The notes: a model not told the origin generated them from the sequence alone. 62,000 nucleotides of DNA from Vicugna vicugna (GCA_013265495.1 MU058065.1:434001-496000), one strand, 5' to 3'; shown: positions 25,151 through 37,788, counted from the stretch's first letter. A program made the numbers and translations.

Positions 25151-26544
25151 GAAGGTGAAACTGAAGGAGAGGATGGGACGCGAGATAAGTGGTTATCACA
25201 TAACTGTGGAGGTGAGAAGAGAGAAATTGAAGGAGTTAATTCTTTATACTTGTTGCCTTGGCAAAATCATGTGCTGAGGGTAAGGAGTAGGCGGTAGGGT
25301 TGAGCTAAGGGTTTGGAGGAGAGGTAACCCACAGGAGGGAATGGAGATACTGCTATCAATTTAAAGACCTGTTTCTACTGCAAATGAAGTGCTTTTCATT
25401 TGCATATTATTTTTGGTCATACTTCACTCAGTCACTGTCTGTTGTAGCCAGTAAGTGGAAAATATTACCAGAATCCTATCAAAGTTTGACTGTTAAGTTT
25501 ATGAATTTTGTGAACTGATACTTAACTTTCATTTTTTTTACTCATGGAAAAAAATTCACGTAACTTGAAAACCAGATGCTAAATTGCCAAAGAACCCAGA
25601 AGACTATGAACTCGCATAATTGAAGAACTCAAGCAGAAAGAGTATTTCAAGTATAGAATAGAGTCCTGAGTTCAATTGTTAAATAAATTTAAGGGAGTTA
25701 GCAGAGCATTTCAAGGCTTTTGTTTCACCTTCCTTTACTTAGGAAAAATGCATATATTTAGAAGCCACTAAGGTGATTTAGAAAAACAAATTAAAAATGC
25801 ATTTTTCAGTTTAAAGATTAGAAGTTAAATTGTCAAAAAAAGGGTCCAACCTTTAAATAATGATACTTTTTAATGTAATATGAAAGATTCATCACTTGAT
25901 ACTCCTGATGAAATGAAAGGTGGCCCACTTCCCCCGAACAGTTGGGGTTGTGGAGTGCTGTAAAACTAATCAGATACCATTTTCCCTTAGAAGCAGGGTC
26001 AGATTTGTATAATTTCGTAAACATACTGGAAAATTTCACAGAAGTGACTTGAGGGAAAGAGAAACATCTGGAACCTTTGGAGCATATGTCTGGAGAGCAG
26101 GGACTGAGAGACCTGTTGATGGAATAAATGACTGCCTGCCTGGGAGATCCTGTCCCCATGTATTTCCCCACAGGCCTGTCTGAGGTCTGTCACTGTTATG
26201 AAATTCTACTGTTAGCAATTCATTCCTTTGTTTAAGCTTTGCGATTCTGTAGGGTCCAGAACTCATTCTAGCTCCCTCTCCTCCCTTTCCAATCAAATGT
26301 CAGCGTTCTTTAGTGTTAACACTGTGGTCTTCCTTTCTTGTTTATTCTCTTTCATTGCTGCCATTTTGAGCCACCTGTGCATTGATGATTCTCCAAACCT
26401 TATTTACTGCTCTAGGCTTATAAACAAGTCTACTGGATATAAGAATAATAGTAATAATAATAATGTTATTATTATTAACATTAGCATATATATACCAATA
26501 ATATGGTATATATATATATATATAATATATCAGGAATTAAGAAT

Positions 26545-26720
26545 TTTAAAATAGGATTCCATTTGATCTCTTAATTCTGTGATGTTTATAGGGGAGGAAA
26601 CAAAAGCACATTAAATCTAAGTCACTTGTCCAAGATCTTATGGCTCATAAGTGAAACAGCTGTGACCTAAACCCAGATCTTTCTGATTCTAACGTGCTTG
26701 CTTTAATCACCACCTCGTAC
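26545..26720 (-). mobile_element. MIR SINE
   Basis: aagtcacttgtccaagatc...aacccagatctttctgattctaa...gctttaatcac. Confidence 0.7.
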
Positions 26721-26874
26721 TAAAGTCCCACTCAGATGTGCCACTGGAAATTCAGCATCAACATGGCTAAACAAATCTCACTTTAGTCCTCCCACAGCTC
26801 CTCCTTCTCCCGTGTTCTTAATCCTAATTATCGGCCCCACCGTCCATTTGAGCACTTTAGTCAGAAACTAGGAA

Positions 26875-27037
26875 CAGGGCAAGCTTCACAGATATGTGAC
26901 CTGTGCAGTCCAATACCTGCCAGCCCAGAAGGGCCCATGCTTTGTTTAATGCTCAACTGTTGCTGTCTTGAAATTCCTAAAAATTTTTGAACAATTTCAT
27001 TTTGCACCGGACTCCATTAGTTATATAGCCTGTCTTG
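26875..27037 (+). mobile_element. MER45A (hAT-Tip100 MITE)
   Basis: cagggcaagcttc...gacctgtgcagtc...agaagggccc...tgtcttgaaattc...tttcattttgcac...tagcctgtcttg. Confidence 0.8.
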
Positions 27038-27319
27038 CCTAGGGGGCGGAGGCTCATCTTTGACTCCCTTCCTTTCATACATTCCTCTCACCCCTTCCTC
27101 CATCTCTAATTAGTCTGTAAATCCTGCTGATTCTCCCTCTTAAATCCCACTTGAACCTCTCCCCTCTTCTTCATAGTAACTTGCCCTGCCTTAGTTTAGG
27201 TCCTCATTATGCTTTTTCTGGATTACTATCCAGTCTCCTGTCTCCCTGCTTCCAGTCTCAACTTTCTGTGATCGATCCTGAGCACTTATTCAGAAGGCTC
27301 TCTTAAAAACATACTTGTT

Positions 27320-27940
27320 GGGGTGCATGTGTCTTTTGAATTTTATTTTTCTTTGGATATATGCCCAGGAGTGGGATTGCTGGATCACGTGGTAAGCCTA
27401 TGTTCATAGCAGCACTGTTTATGATAGCCAAGGCATGGAAACAATCCAAATGTTCATCAACAGATGACTGGATAAAGAAGATGTAGTACATATATACAAT
27501 GGAACACTACTCAGCCATAAAAAAGAATAAAATAATGCCATTTGCAGCAATATGAATGGACCTGAAGATTGTCATTCTAAGTGAAGTGGGCTGGAAAGAG
27601 AAAGAAAAATACCATATGACATCATTTATATAAGGAATCTAAAAAATAATAACAACAATAATGACAAAGATGAACTAATTATTGTTTTGATTTTTTAAAT
27701 ATGTGTAAGCAAATTTAACTGTCCTTTATGATTGGATTACTGCATTCTGTTGATTCTTATTTTGTAGTTGGCTTTATTCCTTTGGTAACTATGTAAGTTT
27801 AAAAAGCTAAAGATCTAATCTATTCTTAGAAACAATAATTAGTACATATATGTAAACTAAAAAAAAGTGCAGTATACTGTATATATGTATTTACATGCAA
27901 AATAATGTGTATGTGCAGTCAAACTGTAATTAAAAAAAAA
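27320..27940 (+). mobile_element. 5'-inverted (twin-primed) L1 with non-canonical 3' tail (copy B)
   Basis: 27320-27400 antisense L1, 27400-27676 sense ORF2 end/3'UTR, 27677-27931 foreign tail, then poly-A; TSD aaaaacatacttgtt 27305-27319 / aaaaaaatacttgtt 27934-27948 at TT|AAAA. Confidence 0.9.
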
Positions 27941-28063
27941 TACTTGTTAATGCTACTCCTCTGCTTGCAACCCTGCCTATTGGAATAAAGTTCAAACTCC
28001 TTTTCATAGCAGGTAGGGTTCTCTAAACTCGGACCTTTCCCTGTTTCCTGAGCGGCACCTCTT

Positions 28064-28786
28064 TCATGTGCCTATTGGCCATTTGTAGGTCTTCATTGGA
28101 GAATTGCTTCTTTAGGTCTTGTCCCCATTTTGGATTGGATTGTTTGTTTTTTTAAGTTGTATGAGCTGTTTATATATTCTGGAAATGAAGCCTTTGTCAG
28201 TCACACCATTTGCAAATATTTTCTCCTATTCTTTAGGTCATCATTTTGATTTGCTTATGGTTTCCTTTGCTGTGCAAAAGCTTATAATTTTAATTAGGTC
28301 CCATTTGTTTATTTTTGATCTTATTTCTATTGCCTGGGTAGACTGTCCTAGGAACACATTGCTAAGATTTATGTCAGAGGATGTTTTGCCTATGTTTTCT
28401 TCTAGGAGATTTATTGTGTCTTGTCTTATATTTAAGTCTTTGAGCCATTTTGAGCTTATTTTTGTGTATGGAGTGAGGGAGTGTTCTAACTTCATTGATT
28501 TACATGCTGCTGCCCAGTTTTCCCAATACCACTTGCTGAAGAGACTGTCTTTTCTCTATTGCGTATTCTTGCCTCCTTTGTCAAAGATTAACTGACCACA
28601 GGTCTGTGGGTTTATTTCTGGGCTCTCTTCTTCTGTTCCATTAATACATGGCTGTTTTTATGCTAATACCACACTGTTTTGATTTCTGTAGCCCTGTAGT
28701 ATTGTCTGAAGTCTGGGAGGGTTATTCCCCCAGCTTTGCTCTTTTTCTTCAGTATTGATTTGGCAATTCTGGGTCTTTTATGACTT
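28064..28786 (-). mobile_element. Internal L1 ORF2 fragment without 3'UTR or poly-A, TSD-flanked
   Basis: ORF 28241-28495 ([18 protein letters not shown]...INKWDLIKI); direct repeat agcggcacctctt 28051-28063 / agcaacacctctt 28787-28799. Confidence 0.9.
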
Positions 28787-30316
28787 AGCAACACCTCTTA
28801 CTGCCTTCCCATCACTCCCTGTTTTCCAGCCAAATTGCAATGAACAGCGTAGTTTATCCATTTCATGCTTATGCTCTTGATCTTTCTCACCCCTGAAGTC
28901 CCCTTTCCTCCCAATCTCTCATGATATAGCACAGGCATGTTTTCTTGGGAAAAGGCCTTCCAGAACTTTCTTTGCTTTTCCCCAATGACAACTAGTCACC
29001 CCATTCCTTACACCAACCTGGACCTGTAATACACCTTTATTAGAAATGTAAAGCAAACACTCATATTAGGTGAAGTGATAGAAATGGGTGTTTTTGTAGT
29101 TCTGTAATGGTTGAACAACTGTACTTTTCCAGAGTTTGACCTGTATTTTGCTGTGATTTCTTGACACTTTTGATTATGAGTTAAGGGCAGGAACTGTTTT
29201 TTGTTCAACTTCGTGCTTCTCTCCTCAAGGATAATTCTGGCATAAAATAGGTCAATGAACTTCATGGCAGGAACAACAAAATAGAGGAAATTGTGAGAAC
29301 ATGGTTAATTTGAATGGGAAATGTCTACTTTTAATGATAAAATCCTTTCCTCTGTATATTTATAGACTCTTGTTGGTCTTAGGGAAAGTAGAGTCTCTGA
29401 ATCAAAGGGAGCCAAAGTATTTCAATAAGAGTTCAGTCAATCCAGAGTTTTTCTTATACAGTCATTATCAAAACTTTGTTCATAAGACCAGTTACTGGAG
29501 CTTAAAACTATCATTAGAGAAAATGTGCGAGACAGAAGTTTTTGGAGATTTAAAGTGACTGGATCTAGGCTGATACACTCAGGAGTTTAGAAGACAAGCA
29601 CTGATGCTGACATACGCATCCAGAACCTGTGAGCCATAAGGACCCTGGGGCTGGCTAAGGAGTACAAGGACCAGCTTTAAAAGGCTGCTGGGGCAATTCT
29701 GGTGCCATCTTCCAAAAAATGTCCATGAAATCTACTAACGTTTTGTGGATCACCATGTATCCCCCGGAGTGATGCCTGGTTTTGTCTGCCTCTGGCTTTA
29801 GATTCATCCTTACTACTGCTTCAGGTTGTTCTGTGCATTTTGTCACTTAGAGGAAATTGGAGCCCAGGAGGGAGAATGATGTTAGGGAGAATGAAAGCTT
29901 GCAAGGAGGAGAGGAGAAAGGTGGTTCAGAGAATCATTTATATAGGGAAACACATAAATACAAAAATATAAATAAATAAAATAGAAATATAATATAAACA
30001 TGAAATATGAAATATAAAAATAAATACAAAAATCATTTTATAGGGAAAAATGAACCTTACTGAGAAATTGAATACAGGAAAATTAGGCAGTGAAAATCAA
30101 TATTTCTAACCTCACACCTGGAAGAATGGTAGTCTGACTAGACTGATTTGGAAAAGGTAATTGTACTTTATTTGGGGAACAGAGGAATCAGAGAAAGTGG
30201 AGAAGGTGCAGACATCTTGCTTTAAAGAGCTAGTCTTCCATGGAGAGCAGTGTTTCCCAGCATGTGACCTGAGAAATGTAAATTTTGCCAAGATGTTAAT
30301 AGATGCTACCTCTTTC

Positions 30317-30388
30317 AAAAAAAAAAAAAAGAAAGAAAAAGAAAGAGAAAAGAAAGAAAAGGAGAGAAAGAAAGGAAGAAGAAAGAGA
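30317..30388. repeat. A/GA-rich simple repeat
   Basis: Poly-A followed by (GAAA)-like units. Confidence 0.85.
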
Positions 30389-31624
30389 TTAATCCATTGT
30401 CGTTAGTTAATTAATTACAGATAAATAAATGAGAAAGAGAGATCTATGGTTAAATATGCTTGAAAAGTGTCAGGTTAAACCAAATGAATCCAGTTTTTGT
30501 TTTGTTCTTTTTTTCTATAATAAGGTGTCTCAGATCCTCTCTTATAAGAATGTTCAATGTTCAGCAATTTCTAAGGTTGCTAGACTACAGTCCAGTGGAG
30601 TATTCCATGGTACTGGAAGTTTATAGGACATACTTGATGACACAATAGGGAGTCTCAGAGAATACACCTAGCTAGGCAGTAGGTGGAGTAAGGCGAGAAG
30701 TAGCAGGGGGCCATGTATTTTAAGGCATGGGTAACTGGCATCGTCAATATGATACGAGAAAAATGCTTCTTGCATCCTCATTATAAATAAATAAGACGTG
30801 TGAAGGTTGCTTGGGGATATAAAATAAGGCTGTGGCTTTTCAGTGCATCTGAAAGTGTGTTCGCTTAAGGCTCTGGGAGTCCTGGATGATGTAGCTGAAG
30901 ACGAGAAAGCTAATGATAGCACGATAAACAACTAATGTTTACAGCTAGGTGCATATCTAGTTTTATTAGCTCTCGGTTGTTGCTTTTTAAAACAAATGAC
31001 AAAGATTTATTTATGACCAGGCAAAGTTAACTGATGTGCAGTTTGGGTTAATCACTGCCATGTTAGACTCCGGAGCCAGATTCTATTTTGGTGAGACACA
31101 TTTGGCAGCTCCTAACTTGTGTGTCAAAATGTGCTTCATGTATATAAGAAACTTGAGCTCCATTAAAATTGGTCAAAAATACACGTATTTTATATTGTAA
31201 TATGAAAACACACTCATTAAGAAAGCTTCTTTTTTTAGGATCTATGTTGAATTTGGCTTTAGGGCTGAGTATACGGAGCCATTCATTTTGTCAACTCATA
31301 ACCCTATGGATCATGAACCTGGAATAAATGAGGATTACTTTTAACCACTCTATAACCCCCCCTTTTTTTTCTATTTTGACTCTTTGTAATCAAAATTGAA
31401 CTTTGAGTGTTCCATTTATTTACTATGATAAGTTATTTTTTTCCTTCTCTTGACTCCACCCCAAGATTTTTTTTGCAGGGTAGATGACTGCTGAATGCTC
31501 AGTGTATCTTCTAGAGCAGGGTTGTAAATACCTTTTAAAATATTCAGCTATGTGCCTGGTCCAATTTGCTGAGAGGTACACTTTTCTCCATATAAGTCAT
31601 AAAACATGTTTTACCCATCATTGT

Positions 31625-31628
<4 letters not shown>

Positions 31629-31656
<28 letters not shown>
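31629..31656. repeat. (AC)n microsatellite
   Basis: Pure AC run. Confidence 0.95.
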
Positions 31657-31659
<3 letters not shown>

Positions 31660-32199
31660 CCTAGCTCATGTAGATAAGGCATGAATTTCCAAGGAAATAA
31701 AGTGGGTTTTACAAATCACACAAGATTTTCTTTTAAGTTGTATCCCTTTATGGTTGTTAAAAACTGTGAGATGATTACTAATGATATTCAAAATCAACTT
31801 AGGCATCTAAAAAGTGTTTAAAAATATGCTTAAATGTTAGTGGGACACAGTATTATAAAAACCTGAAATTCTCTTTCCATTTCTGTCCTCTGCAGATATT
31901 CCTTCTTGTTTTCAGTTTCTATGGTTAACGGTACCTGGCATTCCACTGATCAGTTCACTTAATTTAGCAAATTTATTGCACACTAGGTATGTGGAATGAA
32001 GTATGTTAAAGATTCTCAGGAAATAGGGATGGCTGGTACACTTCATCCTCATTAACATACTCATAGATGAGTGGTGAGCAAACGAGGGGGCTGTATGTAT
32101 GCGCCTCAACCACCCAGCCCGTCCTGGCTGTCCTGGTGGGGATGCTACGGACAATAGGAGAGATGGCAGGGGAGGGTCCCTCTAACCGATGAGGGGGTT

Positions 32200-32740
32200 G
32201 GCTGTGAAGGACCCATTCATGAGCCAGTCCAACCTATATATTTGGAAGAGAGGCTCAGAGAAGCCGAGATTTCCTCAAAGTTTCTTCAGTAGGAAGTAAC
32301 CATAGTGAAGAGCCCAGATTCTAGCCTGCTTTTGAGATAAGGCTCTTTTATGTGATATCCGTTTCCTTTGAGCAAATATTTAATGTTACTAATCATCAGT
32401 TTTCTCTTTCATGAAATGGGAAAACTAATATCTTCCCAATTTCAGGAATAGGAAAATCATAGTTACTCTTAGTTGAGCTATTTCTATGTGCCAAGCACTT
32501 AATGGGTTAACTCATTTAATGCTCCAAATATATATATATATTTTTTTTCTTTGATTATTAGGCACTATTTCTTGGGTGCCAAACTGAGGCTGAGAAAGGT
32601 TAAATAATTTGTCCAAAGTCACACAGCTAGTGGAAAATGGAGCTAGGATTCAAATCTTGGAGATGATATATGTTAAGCTTTAATATCTTCTAAAAACATC
32701 AATAGATCTTAATAAATGGGGATCTTGGTTATTACTACTG
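32200..32740. mobile_element. Cluster of MIR fragments on both strands
   Basis: gaggctcagagaag; catcagttttctctttcatgaaatggg; aaactgaggctgagaaaggttaaataatttgtccaaagtcacacagctag. Confidence 0.7.
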
Positions 32741-33067
32741 GCTGCCTTTCTCTGGGTTCTAAGATATCCTCCCTTGCCTTCAGTATGCAATTCCTTAAAA
32801 CACTGCTTTGATTATTTCACTCCTAAATTTGTCTTTCTAATTTCTGTTAGTTAAATCCAAACTCCTTAGCATATTAGGTATTTTCCATAACTTGGATTCT
32901 TTCTTACTTTCAAATGTTATCTGTCACTATTTCCCTAAACATCCCTTCTGATGAATGGGTGTATATATATATATATTAGGTCATCTATTCAAACAGATAT
33001 GGATAATGGAAATTAGCACCCTAGTCCCCATGAGACTACAGGGAGAAGTGGGGATTATGGTAATGAG

Positions 33068-33296
33068 CAGGGTGTCTAAATCCTTCTACTAAACTCCAGC
33101 CAATTGTGTGCATGGGAAAATGTCCGTTGACTGTTGCTGGATCTTCAAATTTTAAACAAAAAGCTAGTCATTTGGATTTTTATGTGAAATTTAAATTGCT
33201 AAGTATTGTCATCTCATTGATAAACATGTATAAGATAATGAGCAAAATATATCTGTGGGCTGAATCTGGTCCATGAACTGCCAATTTGAGGCTTCT
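33068..33296. mobile_element. MER102-like hAT MITE
   Basis: ggatttttatgtgaaat...atctgtgggctgaatctggtccatgaactgccaatttgaggcttct. Confidence 0.6.
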
Positions 33297-33329
33297 TTTT
33301 CTCAAAGTGTGTGCGGATTCCTGAATGTG

Positions 33330-33700
33330 ATTTGTGTTCCTCCAGCCACGTAACGTTATTCATACTCTTCCTTCTGCTTATAATGCTCAGTTGCCATCTT
33401 ATTCTATCAGAAATCTTCCCTGTAGTTCAGAGTCCAGTATGAAGGCTACTGTGAAGTCCTCCTTGCTCTGTCAGTTTCTTCTGAGTCTCTGTGCTTGTTG
33501 TCTGTACCCCTCCTTTGACTCTTACAAAATCCTATGTCTTATCATTATTCTGGGATGCCTTCTATTTGATATTCATCTGTAAATTTTGATAGCCATGACT
33601 GTATATTATAGACCATATGTTTTAACCAACTGCAAAATCTATCATGGGATCTTTTATATATAGCTCTTGTGCAAAGATTAAGTAGCTGAATGAAAGAAAT
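33330..33700 (+). mobile_element. L2 fragment
   Basis: tcatactcttccttctgcttataatgctc...ctgaatgaaagaaatga. Confidence 0.45.
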
Positions 33701-34899
33701 GATGCATCTCAAAGAATTTGGTTAAAATATGTTTGCAAATACATGTAAGCAGCTAAAATTTTCTTTCATTAACCATCAAGCTCTATTATATTACTTTTAG
33801 ACATAAGGCCTCTTGATAGAAGAAAATAATTTATTCTCATAAGTCTAAGAGAATCGATGATCACTTAGTATCATGTACGACACAAATCACATGTGATCTA
33901 CTTGGTATACTGTATTTTTAATCTTTTTTCCTTCAAGATTTTTACATAATGCACACTCTGAGGTTAGGGATATTTTCAGATATAATTGCTTTGGAGGTGT
34001 TGAAAAGAAAATTGTTTAAAAACACTCTGGGACATCCGTGGGCTGTTTAGTCCTCTCTGCTTCAGAACGATTAGACAAGCATTGTATGATCTTAAGCTTA
34101 CCTTATAAAGCTATTAAGTTCTCAAATTGCCTAGAGTAGATGAAAATTTGAAAGTATTCTCAGATAATTATTTGAAAGGTCTCACATTTAATCCTAGGTT
34201 ATGAGTGTAGACAGACAAAAAACAAACAAAGCCAGGAGCTGTAAGAGTGTCAAAATATCAGATCATTTTGTTGTTAAGTAAAAATTGTTGTGTGCAAGAC
34301 AGGCACATACATATATCTATAGCTTCCTAGGGAGATACATATATACACAGACACATCTTTTGAAACTTTAAAACATCTTTCTATTCTAAGGAATAACAGC
34401 ATATTCCTCTAAGTCACATTATGAAAAGAGGAAAGATTCCCCACCACATCTGTTGGAAATATTAGGGCAGAGATGTTTGAACTGCTCAGACCTATAGTAT
34501 TTCCTTTGTGCTCCATGTGATATCATGCATGTGGCAGTTTGCTGTGTGCTATCACCAGCTCCCTTTTTGATTAGGATTTGCAAATGTTTCCAGGGGGCTG
34601 ATCACACTTGTTAAAACAAGAGGGAAATTCCTCGCAGATGAAAGAGTATATTACCTTTAGGACTGGTAGGATTAATTCTTAAACCCTTAGATGTGAACTT
34701 CTAAAAAGGGCTATGACTTTGAGAGGGTGAGTGATTGATGACACCTCTTGCCCAACGACACCTTTGTGCTCAAATTTTTGAGCACAAAAATGAATTTGGG
34801 TCCAACAATCTTGTGATTTTTTTTTGCATCTGGGAAAAATGCCATCACTTTTCATGCTTCAATGCAGCAAAGTTGGAGATAAAAGAAAACGCATCTTCC

Positions 34900-35400
34900 C
34901 CTTTGTTCAACAGCGTTTATTGAACTATACTATATTCTAGTCATTTATTTTATTCCTAGAATCACTGTTGATTCTAGGAATAAAGTAAACATTAAATGAG
35001 AAGCTGCCTCCTTTACATTCTAGTAGAATGAAACAAACTTCTTAATTATAATACAAGATGATGATTTTTATAATTCAGTCAGATAAGGCAGGGGAAAGAA
35101 ATCCCCACTTCCTTTGGGAGCCAGAGGAAGTCACAGGAGCTAGGACTTGGAAGTTACATGGAGATGTGCTTGGGAAAGTGGGCATGGGAGGACCATGCAG
35201 GCAGAGGAACCTTATGCACAAAAGCCTAGGGGCTTGGAGTCAACATGGGTCTAATTCAGAGAACGGCCAGTAATCTGTGGTCACGTGCGATGGGGGGTGG
35301 GAGATGAGATGGGGTCAGAACACAATGGGTATTATACGCTTGCTGGGGATTGCTACACTTTATCCTGGAGGCGAATATTCTTATTGCCTTTGTCCAGCTG
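34900..35400 (-). mobile_element. L2 fragment
   Basis: tgttcaacagcgtttattgaacta...tgcaggcagaggaaccttatgcacaaaagcctagggg...cactttatcctg. Confidence 0.6.
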
Positions 35401-35957
35401 CTTTAGACCAATGATTTAACACTATGCTGGGTAATAAAAGAGGAAGATGATCTCTGTGAAATTTCAAAGTATGTCTTACTAAGTGTCACATACTGATCCG
35501 AAATTTAATCCTTATATGTGTTTTTCATTCTTAGGATAATTCAGTTCTTATAATGTAGGTTTTCATTGCATAAATTTGTATAATATTACTAATAATAACA
35601 AAATTGATAAATACGAAATGAATCTACTCCAAACTATCTTCTTTCTTTGATCTTATATAAATAAATATTTATATGTTTTTGGCATTTAACCACCCAAAAC
35701 TCAATGTTTTTTCTTAATCCATAACAAGGGACATTGTGAAATAAAGATAATGAATATATAATTTGGAAAGGGGATAAGGGAGATAACTTCTAAAAATGGT
35801 GCTCGGACCCTCTTTAAATAATGAGTCTCTTTTGAGAACTTCTCTAGCAAATTAAATTGGTAGACAAATTAGGCTTTAGGGTGCTGAGAAATTTATGGAA
35901 CCCTTGTTCGGATGCGATACTGAAAGCAGGTAATGATTACAGTGCATGAGAGGCCTT

Positions 35958-36170
35958 GGCCAATCAGAATTGAAACTGGCCTTCAACAAGTGTTATACGG
36001 TCATACCAGTGTGGGGAGTACTTGCTGAACAAAGGCTGGTCCTCATTCCAGATTCCGATACTGCCTCTAAGCATGACGTCGCTCCTCCGCCCATCTCTGT
36101 CTTCTCCGTTATCCTGAAACACGCTCCCCACCCCCTATATTTTATTGACTTTAGCAGGAATTCCGGGTTT
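35958..36170 (+). promoter_or_regulatory. Promoter-like motif cluster (CCAAT, CRE, GC box, CACCC, weak TATA)
   Basis: ggccaatcag 35958-35967; tgacgtcg 36074-36081; cctccgccc 36084-36092; ccccaccccc 36126-36135; 8 CpG in 36056-36213. Motifs only. Confidence 0.3.
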
Positions 36171-37788
36171 TCATTGAAAGCAGAATTGGGCCCATGGGCT
36201 TAACAAACACACGGTTTTCCTATTACAGTGAGGGCAGCCTATTTTAAAATTTAAACAAGGGCTCTGTTTTGTATGATGATGATTTGACGATTTTCTGGCA
36301 TTTTAATAATCTTTATTTATGGAATTCTTTTCATATTACAATTTCTTCTACATCTTTCAAGAAAACGCAAGTTGCTATGGTTCAGAAGGAAACCTATCTG
36401 ACTTCAGTAACACTTTTTCCCACAGGGAGTTCAAAGTGTTCTGACCTTCATGCTTCACGTTTGAAGGTGCTGCTGTGTTGAAATTAGGTTCTGTACTTGG
36501 CCTGCTCACTGGCAGGAAGACTTGTGTGAGGATTGCCAAAGGCAGGGGTGACTTGGATGTCTCAGCTTTGACCCTGGGACCAAGAAGCCCCCATAGTTTA
36601 GAGAGCCAGTTTAGAGAGTAATGTAGTGACTAATGGTTTCTCTGTGTAGCTCTTTAGCTGTTAAATCAACATGTGACTCAGAGGCTCATGGTCTTCCCTC
36701 ATAAATCCTGTTCCAACCTTGACTGTTAATCATTCCAGAGAATTTTAACATATGCATACTTTTGATAAAAAAGTTAAAGCACAGCCAGGATTTTGAAAAT
36801 GAATGGAGATTCCTTTTGAATAAGAAAAAGGTATCTCATAGGAATTAGGTTATAAGGAAAAATGTCCAGAAATGGGGAGTTAAAAGAGATACTATATGCA
36901 AGAAAAGAATACAAGGACAAAACACATAGATCAGGAAGGGTGGTAGAGAGTAAACAGGGTGATATATGAAGAAAGCACAGGTGTTAAGTTTACAGGAAAG
37001 CTGTCATGAATTCCTCATTTCCTTGTCAATGAATCTTTCCAAAGTTGAGACTTGGATTACCCAGGCTGATGGAGAAAGAGACCAAGTTATCAAAGACTGG
37101 TGGAAAATCAGCAATTCACTTACAGTGCTTTCCAGATTTCCACTGAGGGTGGAAGGAAGAACATGAAAGTTCTCTGACTCTATGGAAATTTAGCAGAGAT
37201 CCAACATTTGTTTTTCTACTATGATTTAGAAACAAGAACTTATTCAAATCTAGAAATCACTTTGATAGAAAAGAAATTTGATTTTCCCATATGTCCAGCA
37301 TCATAGGAAAATTACTATTAAAAAGACAGCAAATCAAAGCTTTCATTCATGTAAATTCTGATGTGATTGGTCAACAAACACATGGTGAATCAGGTCAACA
37401 GCAGTGAGGTTCCATCACTCACTAATATGCTGCCTAAAACCCTCAAAACTTGCAATTTTCTCTACATGTGTTTGTATTTTCAAATGACTCCAGTGGATAA
37501 AAAATTATTTGTATTACTTCTTCCTTCATAAGAGTCATTAAAGTGTGTAGAAATAGGGAAGTATGAATTATGGATGGAAAAGTACACAATTTTTCCTGTG
37601 GGGTTGGACGTAACAGGACCCCCTGTAAAATTTATAGTTACTGTTATGGAGAAACTAAAGACTGAATGTAAGGGAGGAAAGAGGAGAGGTTGAAAAAAAT
37701 ATAAAATTCAACCATTTTATGATTCAGGCAGTTTGTACTTCACATGCTTACATACTGGTAGGATATTATGTTAGACTGGGCTTCAGAC

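Larger units (their letters stand above)
26330..29270 (+). mobile_element. Fragmented L2 hosting MIR, MER45A and two L1 insertions
   Basis: Collinear L2 pieces at ~26330-26420, 26730-26870, 27050-27300, 27950-28050, 28800-29270. Confidence 0.6.

Noticed and set aside
25833..26296. Overlapping minus-strand ORFs in unique sequence
   Set aside because: No recognisable protein and no convincing splice-site pair.
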